Assembly (NCBI GenBank): GCA_043228905.1
Contig: JBHGNT010000012.1
Span: forward strand, 14,942,001 to 15,006,000
Length of the DNA stretch: 64,000 bases
From: Azolla caroliniana
Lineage: Eukaryota > Plantae > Polypodiophyta
Reading direction: 5' to 3'
A program made the position numbers and the translations under genes. Below, one piece after another: positions 12,701 through 23,977 of the stretch (position 1 is its first letter; each line of letters begins with the position of its first letter). Below the pieces are notes generated by a model. The model saw only the letters and a list, made by a program, of their open reading frames with translations, had not been told where the DNA came from and made no database searches.

Positions 12701-13149
12701 CTGAAGAAGTGGACCAACACACCACTCCGGGAAGTGACGAAGGAGAACCAGGCAGTAGTCATGTCGGAGTTCCATGAGAGTCCCTGATCTGGACTCGGGG
12801 GGACATGGGCCATGTTCGAGAAGCTGAAAGAGAAGTACTGGCGGTCGGGAATGTACAGAGATGTGCACTACTTCGTGTCAACATGTGAGAGCTGCAAGAT
12901 GCATTCAACGATCCGGTACCGCGACGAGCTCCACCCGACTTATCCTACGACCATTCACTTTAAGTAGATGGTCGACCTGGTGACAATGGCGATGGGGGTA
13001 GGGAAAATGAGGTACCTAGTGCTCGCGAGAGAGGACCTGACAAATTAGGTGGAGGGCCAAGCATTGACGAAGAAGACAACTGTAGCGGTATGCCAGTTCC
13101 TATTTGAAGATGTGATCTGCCAATATGGATGCGTCGGGAAGATAGTGGT
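8535..13149 (+). mobile_element. Degenerate Ty3/Gypsy pol fragment (RT-RNaseH-integrase), split by a Copia insertion at 9655-12613
   Basis: RT MLFLDDISVKG and FLGACAFYHIWIPHYA; RNaseH VTVDTS...GKDNAMAVMLSR. After removing the insert the frame continues (MTRDA|TWKKD) into the integrase zinc finger (KYWRSGMYRDVHYFVSTCESC). Several stops; no LTRs visible. Confidence 0.85.
9655..12613 (-). mobile_element. Internally deleted Ty1/Copia element (gag-protease-partial integrase; no RT) with one recognisable LTR
   Basis: TSD GATGC at 9650-9654 and 12614-12618; ends TGTT...AACA. Probable 3' LTR 9655-10001 followed by PPT complement CTCTCCC. Motifs FDGSNFNFWK, CNYCKKPGHIKDDC, WLLDSGASYH, LWHGRLVH, LDLVHSDICGP and TDNGGEF. 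Confidence 0.85.
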
Positions 13150-13245
13150 TGTCAAAAATAGTACTAAAAACAGAGAGGGAATTAGTACTAGAGATAGAGG
13201 AGGAAAGTATTGTGAGGATTAGTACTAAGAGGGATTCACGAGAGA

Positions 13246-13287
<42 letters not shown>

Positions 13288-13289
<2 letters not shown>

Positions 13290-15599
13290 CCAAATTGATA
13301 CCAAAGGTAGGTCCATCTCCGGAGTCATTTCATCAATGGAGGCCTATTTAATTGTTGGGAGGGTTGTACAAAGTGTTTGCAAAGATATTATCCAACAGAA
13401 TTAAGAAGTTCTTACCTCAACTTATTCATCCATCTCAATATGGTTTTATTACAGGTAGAAATATATTGCATAATGTTTTGAATGTTCAAATGGCTATCGA
13501 TTATGTTCGACATACACATAAAGAAAGGGTTATGGTGCAATTAGATTTGGAAAAAGCATATGATCATGTTAATTGGCATTTCCTCTTAGGTGTGATGTAT
13601 AATATGGGGTTTAGTTCTTGTATGTGTCGACTTATCTTTTTGCTAGGGCAAAATGCAACCTCATGTGTGATGTTTAATGGCGGAGTTGCTATGAAAGTGT
13701 TTCTTACTAGATCCGTGTGGCAAGGATGTCCACTAAGCCCATTGTTATTTGCTATTGTTACACATCCTTTGTAAATAATGTTGTCAAATCTTGCGGTTAG
13801 TGGTGATATTGTGGGTTAGCATCTTTCTTCAGGTGGGCAATTGGTGGCACAAGCATTGGCTGATGATTCTTTTATGTTTTTACACGCCTCAAAAGAAAAT
13901 CTTGAAAGGAGTATGCAAGTTTGAGATCAATTTGCTTTGGCTTCAGGGTTGTATATAAATTGGAGGAAGTCTTGCCTTATTTCTTATATGGAGAGTGATT
14001 TGGAATGTTTGGGATGGTGAGGGTCAATGATTACACGAGAATCAAGTTATCGACATTTGGGTTATCCATTGGGTGTTGATGTTACAAATGTTCAATTGAT
14101 TGATTGGATTGGTAGTAAATTGAAGGACAAATTTATGTATTGGAAGTCTCGATTATGGCCCTTTCATGTATGACGCAAAGTGGTGCAATGTATCTTGATA
14201 CCCATGTTATTATATTTTTGGCCTTTACTACCTTGGACTACGAAGGAATTACAAATCATGTTGCAACCTATTCGGTTCATGTTGTGGCGGAAGGTGAGAA
14301 ATGATGGGAGTTACATGAATTTCATGGGACCATTTGGCTACTCCCAAAAGGTTAGGTGGTGCAACAATATTGGATTTGGAAAGGCATTTGATGGCTCATA
14401 AATTTGCATTATTATGAGATATATGTCAACAAGATCAACCATGGATATCTATCATGCAATATTTTATTGAGTATGAAGGATTGGTGCACGGGAAAATAAA
14501 GATTCAAGCATCATGATGGTCATTACTCAATGGAAGTATTCCTCTAAAGATTTGGTAAGATCGTGGCAAGATGCATTATCTCTTTTTGAATGGGGACCAT
14601 CAAGTGATTGAGAATATTTGTATTCATTACAAAATGAATTGCCTGTTTCTTCTAGAGTGTTGTTTTGGCATGGGAAAGAGAAGTTGAGATCTCAATTCAA
14701 TCGTTTATTTCGATTGGGGATTGTACATTTGGAAGATGTGGTTGATAATAAATCTCAAAGGTTGTTGGATTTTGAAGATGCCAAATGATGGTTATTTATT
14801 CCCCCAAATTATGGATTTATTTGGGAGAAATTAAAAGATATACCATTGTTGCAAGGATCTTTGTTACAAGATGGTACACACTTGTTACAGGTCACTACAA
14901 ATATATTGTATCATCATGCGATGACATCATTATCTTGGCTATCTCCTAAAGCAACGAAGTTGTGGAATGTATGTAAGTCTGATGCAAGGTGGTGGGAAAT
15001 ACTACAACGTGGTTGGCATTCCCATCTACCATTTCGTGTAAAGGTATTCATATGGAGAGTCATGATTGGGGGTTCCCATTAGGTTCTACCTTAAAGAGAC
15101 GGGACTAGGGTCTGGCACGTGTTTCTTTTGTACTGTTCCGTTGGAGGATAGTACACATAGGTTCATTAAATGTCCTATAGCGTGTACCATGTGGAAGTAC
15201 TTATCAGACATTTGGCAAATTTTAACCCGTTGTTGTTTGAGACCTCAATAATGGGTTTTTTCTCAATATGTTCAAAATGGTTCAAATGATGAGATGGTGA
15301 GATTGTTCCAACTTTTATGTTATTGGGGTCTACAACACAATTGAAATATGCGTAATGCTTTCATGTTTGATAATAGACTTGGGGTGAAAGCCTATATAAA
15401 GAAGCTAAAAGGTATTTTCATGTGGAATTTTTGGATGTAAGAGCATGTGAGGATCATTTCCTCAAATGCATATTCAGGTTTTTTAATAGCATTACAAAAC
15501 GTCCCTCTCCCTACATAGGCATATGATAGGTAGAGGAGACTAAGAAGTGTTGTAACTAAGTGGATTTTACATACAATTAATATAATTGTGTGCTTTTCC

Positions 15600-15603
<4 letters not shown>
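13288..15603 (+). mobile_element. 5'-truncated, decayed L1/Tx1-like LINE (RT plus C-terminal zinc-binding domain) inserted in the (GA)n tract of an LTR
   Basis: YKVFAKILSNRIK, QYGFITGRNI, QLDLEKAYDHV, QGCPLSPLLF, ADD, KVFIWRV and CFFC...EDSTHRFIKC; flanked on both sides by about 40 bp of (GA)n. Confidence 0.88.
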
Positions 15604-15645
<42 letters not shown>

Positions 15646-15867
15646 ATGATGATAACAAGTGGTATATTATATGCAGATAAAATACAAGAACAACTAGGAG
15701 GGTTAAGATTGTCGTTGAACCGAATTGGTTCTGAATAATGCCATGTGCCTCTATTTATAGTATTGTTAGGAGTACCCCTGAACTTTCTAGAATGTTCCAG
15801 AGTAATCTAGAATATACATGAATTTCCTATAGTAAAATAATAAATGAAAATAACATTTTTAGTAATA

Positions 15868-15939
15868 CAATGCATAGTTTAATTGTAAGAGTTCAACCCA
15901 TGTATCACAAGGTCATGGGTTCAAATCCTTTTGGAGCCA
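15868..15939 (+). promoter_or_regulatory. tRNA-like Pol III A/B-box module in U3 of element A 3' LTR (antisense to element)
   Basis: TAGTTTAATTG at 15875 and GGTTCAAATCC at 15918-15928, with tRNA spacing (44 nt from U8 to G53); ends GGAGCCA. Confidence 0.6.
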
Positions 15940-16213
15940 TACCATGCCATATCATGACAGTGCCCCCCCTTTAAATGATGAGTGTTACGAGTCGTCTTTG
16001 ATTGAGGACTTGGTTTATTTGGATATTGACGGTGGAAGTCTTCAGGAAGAGCTCGAGCATTGGCCACATTCTCTACTAGTTCCCAAGTATGCTCGCTTCG
16101 ACTGTAGCCTAGCCAATAGACCAAATAGTAGAGCTTGTTGCAAACAATCTTGAAATCGAGGATGGCAACAACCTCGTACTCAAGTCCATCTTCAAGTTCG
16201 ATCAAGGGTGGAG

Positions 16214-17051
16214 CATGGTTATTTACATACCCGTATTTAACGTTTAAATACGTATAGTACCTCATAATTTGTATAGTACGTACTACACCTCAATGTTGTT
16301 CAGTCAAATATCATGTACATTTGTCTAATATGATATTTAATGTACATTTGAAAAAGCAGGTATAATACATATTTATAAAAAAATGTAAGTAAAACCCCAA
16401 CAAAAAGTGAAAGAAAAAAAAGATTTTAATGAAAAAGAAGGAAGGAAGAAGAATAGAAGAGATGACGACGCCGATGAAGAAGAAGAAGAAGAAGAGGAAG
16501 AAGAAAAGGAGAGAATAGAAGACAGAAACCTGTCCTAACTCTAAGTGTGATAATCATAGAAGATAGAAGATGAAGAAGAGAGAAAGAAGAGAGAAACCTA
16601 TCCTAAGTGTGATAATCGTACACGATTCCTCAATCTATGAAGGCATAATCATAAATAATTACAATTTGAAGTAGAACATCGTGATTCACACTTACACTGA
16701 TTTATTGAATAAGTGAATGTCTACATCCATATTATAAGTATTTTAGGATGTGAAATGTTCAAATGTCTTATATGCATTTTAGGATGTAGAACTATAATGT
16801 ACATCACAAAATTGTGTAAACATTGATGCTTTTTACAATATTACAAATATTTTTTATAAAGGTAAATAATTTTCAAATTCTAGAAGTATTTAACGTACTA
16901 TACGTAGTATATGTAGTTTACGTATTTTATAAGTATTTAACATATTAGAAAACGTATTTAACGTATTTTTAAATTGGGAGGTACTATACGCGTATTAATA
17001 CGTTATATACGTATGGTATCCATACCGTATCTAACGTACCTAACAACCTTA
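16214..17051. mobile_element. Non-autonomous hAT-type DNA transposon (MITE), copy 1
   Basis: 8-bp TSD GGGTGGAG (16206-16213 and 17052-17059); ends CATGGTTATT...AACAACCTTA; homologous to 53997-55006; internal GAA-rich tract and ACGTA-rich subterminal motifs. Confidence 0.85.
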
Positions 17052-17549
17052 GGGTGGAGGTGGTGTAATATGATCGGGAATAGTGTTGTCTTGATAGAGT
17101 TCTAGAAGAGAACTATGAAATACCGAATGTATCTGTAGTTGCGGAGGTAGATCAAGGCGAAAAGTGACATAATTAATTTTTCTGTTAATATGGAACGACC
17201 CTAACCATCGATAATCCAGTTTGTCACATGGTTGAGTAGTCTTGATGTGCCATCGTAATAGCCATACCCTATCTCCAATATCAAAATAGGATGGAAGTCA
17301 ATGACGATCCGCATAATCCTTCTGTGTTTGCTGGGCGTGATGTAGGTGGGTAGATTGTTCTGCCTAAATTCGTCGTAGCCACTCCAAATGATCCTCTGCA
17401 CTAGGATTTGTGAGTAACTCAGGAGTTTTTAACACACACCAATGAGGATGATAGCCTGTATAAGCATAGAATGGTGTAACCCTAGTCGAGGAGTGGATAA
17501 AATTATTATAAGAAAATGTTGGGATTTTCGGTCCCTCCGGATGGGATGT

Positions 17550-17735
17550 CCGGATGATGAAGACCCCGGCTACGGAGCCGGATGACGAAGACCCGGTTAC
17601 GGAGCCGGATGATGAAGACCCGGCAACGGAGCCGGATGATGAAGACCCGGCTACGGAGCCGGATGATGAAGACCCCGGTTACGGAGCCGGATGATGAAGA
17701 CCCCGGTTACGGAGCCGGATGACGAAGTACCCGGA
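17550..17735 (+). repeat. 27-28 bp tandem repeat in Copia U3 (about 6-7 units; repeated at about 22313-22498)
   Basis: Unit CCGGATGATGAAGACCCGG(C/T)TACGGAG. Confidence 0.9.
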
Positions 17736-18195
17736 GAGAGATCCGGATGCGGAGACTATATTTGTAAATAGCCCGAAAGTCATATGTGTATAAATATGAC
17801 TTAGGGCAAACAGTTTTAGAAGGTTGTTGCTCATTTTCTGTTTTCCACTTAGAGGGAGCTAAGTGAAGAGAGCAGCCGAGAGAGAGAGAGAGAGAGAGAA
17901 AGGAAGAGGTCGACGCCTCTGTGTATTACCGCCGCCTGTGGCGAAGACAGTGAGCTCAAGGTTGTTGCCTTGTAGCTTCACCATTGTACATCTCTGTTTA
18001 TAGTGATAGTTGGAGTTTGAGGACTCCCGTGGTTTTTTCCCATTTAGGGTTTTCCACGTAAAACATCCTGTGTACTCTTCTCTCTATTGTCTTCGAGCAT
18101 TTTGTATTTCCTATTTTCTGTGAGTTGATCCTATTCCTCGGTTGTGGCCGAGCACTGTGCTCAACAAGTGGTATCAGAGCAGGTTAACACAGAAA

Positions 18196-21100
18196 ATGGA
18201 AGGCGGCGGTAGTGGGCCTCCGGGCATGATGCTGTTGAACTCACATAACTACGCCGACTGGAAGATAAAGATGGAAGACCTTCTCATCGTCCGAGACCTG
18301 TACGAACCGATCGACAATGCCGAGATACCCAAGGGGGTAATAGAGTCGGAGTGGAAGCTCCTGAACCGGAAAGCCGTAGCGACGATCCGGCAATATGTAG
18401 ATGTAAGTGTTCTGCAACATGTGGCGAATGACACCAACGCATATGAGATGTGGAAGAAGCTGTCGGGCCTCTACGAGAGGAAGAATGCGTTGAACCGGAC
18501 CTCCCTGATGAGGAAGATAGTGAACCTCAAGTACCGGGACGGCGAGAATATGGTGGAACACGTAAGCACGTTCATGGGATTCGTGAACCAGCTTGCGGCG
18601 ATCAAGTTCCCGTTGGAGGATGCAATGCAAGCCATCATTCTGATGTGTACACTGCCGGAAAGCTGGGAGAACTTGGTGGTGACTCTCAGCACCTCCTGCA
18701 CCGAAGATAACTTGTCTCTACAAACGGTAAAGACAAGCATTTTGAACGAAGAAGCGCGTCGGAGAGATAAAGAACCGGTTTCCGATCCGAAGATGCTGCT
18801 TACCGAATCGGAACGGGGAAGACAACGGAACCGGAGTCCGCAAAGACGGGAGAAGTCGGGGACCCGGTCGCAGTCAAGAGGAAGACCCACATGCTTCCAC
18901 TGTGGGAAGCCGGGGCACTTCCGGAAGAATTGTCGGCATTACCGAAAAGACAACGGAGCCGACGACACCGATTCGAAGAAGTCACCGGAGCGAAACGGTG
19001 CATACCGGGGAGCCACGGACCGGAGAGGTCCGGATCGGCGAGGGCAGGACCGGAAAGGAACGACGGCACTCGCGGCAAGTGAAGAAGAGATAATGCTCAT
19101 TACCGAAGAGAGGGAGCTGAACCTTGCCGGTGAAGAGATGACCTGGGTGGTCGATTCCGGAGCGTCGTTCCACCTGACCCCGGAGAAGAAATACTTCTCA
19201 TCCTACACAGCCGGTGAGCACGGCTGTGTCCGGATGGGAAATGAAGGTACATGCCGGATTGCCGGCATAGGAGACGTGTGGCTGATGACATCAACCGGAT
19301 GCAAGATGCTGCTGAAGGATGTTCGACACGTTCCGGAGGTCCGATTGAACCTGATTTCGGCCGGGAGGCTAGACGATGAAGGCTACACGGGTAGCATCCG
19401 GAACGGTGTCATGAAGTTCAGCAAAGGGAGCCTGATAGTGGCTCGGGCTCGGAAAGTGAACACACTGTACCTGATGAATTCCCGGCTATGTCCGGAGGAG
19501 CTGAACGTGGCAGCTGACACTGCCGGTGAGCTGTGGCACAAGAGACTGTGCCAGATGAGTGAGAAGGGGATGAAGAGGCTCGCAGAAGACAACCTTATCC
19601 CAGTGAAGCATGTGCATCTGGAGAAGTGCACCGATTGCCTGGCCGGTAAGCAGAACCGAGCCTCCTTCCACTCAAGGCCACCGACGAGACGTAGTGTACC
19701 ATTGGAGTTGGTACACACTGATGTGTGTCAGGTAGAAACGAAGTCACATGGCGGAGCCCAGTACTTCGTAACATTCATAGATGACCATAGCCGGAAGCTG
19801 TGGACGGCACCGTTGAAGACAAAGGACCAAGTATTGTCCGTCTTCAAAGAACTCCACGCGAGAGTGGAAAGGGAATCCGGCAAGGAGCTGAAAGCGATAC
19901 GAGCGGATAACGGAGGAGAATACCGGGGGCAGTTCGCGGAGTACTGTCGCTCGAAGGGAATCCGGCTCGAGTTTACTGTGCCGAAGACGCCGGAACTGAA
20001 CGGGCTGGCCGAGAGGATGAACCGGACCATAATGGAGAGGGTCCGGAGTATGCTGGCGCATGCGAAATTACCCAAGGGGTTTTGGGCTGAGGCAATGTCG
20101 ACGGCGACATACGTGATAAACAGATCACCCTCAGTACCTTTGGACGGAGACACGCCGCAAAAAGTGTGGACCGGTAAGGAAGTGTCCTACCGGCATCTGA
20201 AGGTGTTCGGGTGTCTCGCATATGTGCATGTGGCAAAGGACCGGAGAGGAAAGCTAGATCCAAAGACCCGGCCATGCATATTCCTCGGTTACGGCGACGA
20301 CGAGTTCGGCTATCGAGTATGGGACCCGGTCGACAAGAAGATATTCAGGAGTCGTGATATCATCTTCATGGAGGACAAGACACTCGCCGACTGGGAGTCG
20401 GAGAAGAAGATGAAGAGCTCAAAGTCGACCGGTGAGAATCAACTCTACGAGGAGCAGTCCCGACCGGCAAGGGACCGGTTAGCACTCGAGGATCCGGCCG
20501 AAGACGGTGAAGAAACAGAACCGGCCGAGGAAGATGAAACTGATACCGGAACCGGCCCCGATCCCGAAATAGATTCGGATGAAGAGGAAACGGAGGAGCC
20601 GGTTACCGAAGCTCCGGAACGGAGATATCCTCTAAGAGAGAGAAGGGCCCCCCGGAGATTTCCGGAACCAGAGCACGTGCTACTAACCGACGAGGGGGAG
20701 CCGGAGAGTTTTGAAGAAGCAAAGCTTGACACTCATAGCCGCAGGTGGTTAAGTGCCATGCAGGAGGAGATGGATTCCCTGCATGAGAACCACACATATG
20801 AACTTGTGGAGTTGCCGAAAGGAAAGCGGGCACTTCGAAACAAGTGGGTGTTCAAGCTGAAACCGGGAGATGCCGGAAACCCCCCGAGATACAAAGCCAG
20901 GATCGTGGTGAAGGGGTTCCAGCAGAAGAAGGGCGTCGACTTCGACGAGATATTTGCCCCGGTAGTGAAGATGACCTCCATCCGGACGGTGCTGAGCATA
21001 GCGGCAAGCATGGACCTCGAGGTAGAACAGATGGACGTGAAGACGACATTCCTTCATGGAGACCTCGAAGAAGAGATCTACATGCAGCAACCGGAAGGAT

Positions 21101-22269
21101 TCGAGAAGAAAGGGAAGGAGCACCTGGTATGCCGGTTGAAGAAGAGCCTTTACGGTCTAAAGCAGGCTCCCCGGCAATGGTACCGGAAGTTCGACTCCTT
21201 CATGACAAACGAAGGGTACCACAAAACGCAGTCCGATCATTGCGTGTTTGTGAAGAAGTTCGAAGGAGGAGACTTTCTAATACTCCTCCTGTACGTGGAC
21301 GACATGTTGATCGTCGGACGAGACCAGGTCAAGATACGGATGCTGAAGAAGGCTCTTCACCGAACCTTCTCAATGAAGGACCTGGGTCCGGCGAGGCAAA
21401 TACTAGGGATGCACATCATCCGGGACCGGAAGAAGAAGCAGTTGTGGCTGTCACAGGAGAAGTACGTGACAAAGGTGCTTCACCGGTTCAACATGTCGGA
21501 AGCAAGACCGGTCGGGTGAACACTCCCGGCAAACTGCAAGCTGTCCAGCAAGCAAAGCCCCAAGACAAAGGCTGAGAAGGAGGACATGATGAAAGTACCA
21601 TATGCCTCTGCCGTCGGGAGCTTGATGTACGCAATGGTGTGTACAAGACCGGACATAGGATATGCAGTTGGAGTGGTGAGCCGGTATATGAGTAATCCCG
21701 GCAAGGAGCACTGGAACGCGGTCAAATGGATACTCCGATACTTAAAGGGCACTTCGAACATGTGCCTCCGATTCGGCTCCGGTAAACCCGAACTCGATGG
21801 ATTTACCGATTCGGATATGTCGGCTGATGCGGATACCAGCCGGTCTACATCTGGGTATGTAATGACATATGCAGGGGGAGCCGTTTCGTGCCAGTCGAGG
21901 TTGCAGAAGACGGTTGCGTTGTCAACCACGGAGGCGGAGTACATGGCGGCTGTTGAAGCCGGCAAGGAAATAATATGGATGAAGGACTTCATTAGCGAGC
22001 TCGGTATCCGGCAGGAGGAGTACCGACTCTACTGCGACAGTCAGAGTGCCATCCACCTTGCGAAGAATGCGGCCTATCACTCCCGGACGAAGCACATCCA
22101 GCGTAGATACCACTGGATCCGGGAAAGGATAGAAGACAAGGAGTTCGTGCTGACGAAGATCCACACGGACGAGAACGGGTCGGATATGCTGACCAAGGTA
22201 CTTACACCCGACAAGCTGGAAGCATGCCGGAAGAGGATCGGATTGGAGAGACATCCCATGCCGAAGTGA
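18196..22269 (+). pseudogene. Copia gag-pol polyprotein with a single premature stop (TGA 21517-21519)
   Basis: Gag CFHCGKPGHFRKNC, protease WVVDSGAS, integrase LVHTDVC/DNGGEY/ELNGLAERMNRT, RT YGLKQAPRQW/LLLYVDDML, RNaseH FTDSD/STTEAEY. The sister copy has TCA at the stop position. Confidence 0.93.
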
Positions 22270-23977
22270 AGGGGGAGTTTGTTGGGATTTTCGGTCCCTC
22301 CGGATGGGATGTCCGGATGATGAAGACCCCGGCTACGGAGCCGGATGACGAAGACCCGGTTACGGAGCCGGATGATGAAGACCCGGCTACGGAGCCGGAT
22401 GATGAAGACCCGGCTACGGAGCCGGATGATGAAGACCCCGGTTACGGAGCCGGATGATGAAGACCCCGGTTACGGAGCCGGATGACGAAGTACCCGGAGA
22501 GAGATCCGGATGTGGAGACTATATTTGTAAATAGCCCGAAAGTCATATGTGTATAAATATGACTTAGGGCAAACAGTTTTAGAAGGTTGTTGCTCATTTT
22601 CTGTTTTCCACTTAGAGGGAGCTAAGTGAAGAGAGCAGCCGAGAGAGAGAGAGAGAGAGAGAAAGGAAGAGGTCGACGCCTCTGTGTATTACCGCCGCTT
22701 GTGGCGAAGACAGTGAGCTCAAGGTTGTTGCCTTGTAGCTTCACCATTGTACATCTCTGTTTATAGTGATAGTTTTGGAGTTTGAGGACTCCCGTGGTTT
22801 TTTCCCATTTAGGGTTTTCCACGTAAAACATCATGTGTACTCTTCTCTCTATTGTCTTCGAGCATTTTGTATTTCCTATTTTCTGTGAGTTGATCCTATT
22901 CCTCGGTTGTGGCCGAGCACTGTGCTCAACAGAAAATTCAACAAAGTGTAGAATATCTGCTCAATCATCTTGTTGATAGCTTAGGAAACACCGAAGATAT
23001 TGTTCTAGCGTTTGATTGGTACGTTCTGCTTGTCCATCTGTTTAGGGATGATAGCCGAAGGAGAGATTGCAAGTGACCTTGAGCATTTTGAAGAGATGCT
23101 TCCAAAATTTAGACACGAATTGAGGTCCACAATCACTGATGATACTGTCGGGAAGACCATGATGCCAAAATACTTCATGTGGTTTCTTCACTAGTGATTT
23201 CTTTAGTACATGGCACAAAATGTGCCATCTTAGTATATTGATCTACCACTGTTAAGATTGTATTGAAGCCCCTCGAGTCTAGAAGATCTGTGATAAAATC
23301 GAGAGAAATAGATTGCCATGGTTTCCTTGGGATTGGTAATGGCTCCAACAAAGCATATGGATGATGTTTAGGCATCTTTGCTCTGCAACATGTATCACAT
23401 GTCCGAACATAGTCTTCAACAAATCTTCGCATATGAGGCCACCAAGATGATCATTGTACTAAATCCAACGTTTATGTGTCATGACAATTTTGTACTATTC
23501 GAAGGCGACAGGAACCATTGAGAACATACAAAAGTTTCTTAAAGAAGAGTAATCCATCATGACATTCGAATTGTTGATAATCCGTACCTGGTTGTTGTGA
23601 CTGTGAACAAGATGCCCGAGAGGGATCAATTTGATCTAGAATATCTTGAGCGAAAACATATGTTTTCAAATCTACACATATGGTATTGATAATGCGGGAA
23701 TCCAATGGAGTGTTAAAAACGCACGTTTCTTGAAGTCGTGCAGGACCCGAGATTACTTGCTTTTGATTGTCGAAGACCGGATCACCAGGATGAGGAGCTA
23801 GATATGAGCGTCGTGATAATGCATTTGCCTTCCCCTGTTGCTTGCCTGGACGATATGTAATCTTGAAGTCAAAACGAGTGAGGAATTGGGTGCACCGAGC
23901 TTGTTGTCTATTTAATACGTGAGCATTCTAGAAGTAGGCAAGATTCTTGTGATCACTGGATACAATGACTTGAAGAG

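Larger units (their letters stand above)
17517..22931 (+). mobile_element. Full-length young Ty1/Copia LTR retrotransposon (copy 1)
   Basis: LTRs 17517-18166 and 22280-22931 (TG...CA; about 4 substitutions and one 2-bp indel by eye); TSD GAAAA; tRNA-iMet PBS TGGTATCAGAGC at 18169-18180; PPT GAAGGGGGAG. Confidence 0.97.

Noticed and set aside
15868-15939. Functional tRNA genes at the tRNA-like LTR modules
   Set aside because: Acceptor and anticodon stems do not pair and no anticodon can be assigned; reported only as A/B-box modules.
17550-17735. CRISPR-like or coding repeat (PATEPDDED ORF at 22224-22457)
   Set aside because: A head-to-tail 27-28 bp U3 repeat present in both LTRs; the peptide is an incidental translation.
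21517-21519. Programmed stop-codon readthrough in Copia pol
   Set aside because: The sister copy has TCA (Ser) here and the site lies inside RT; a simple nonsense mutation.
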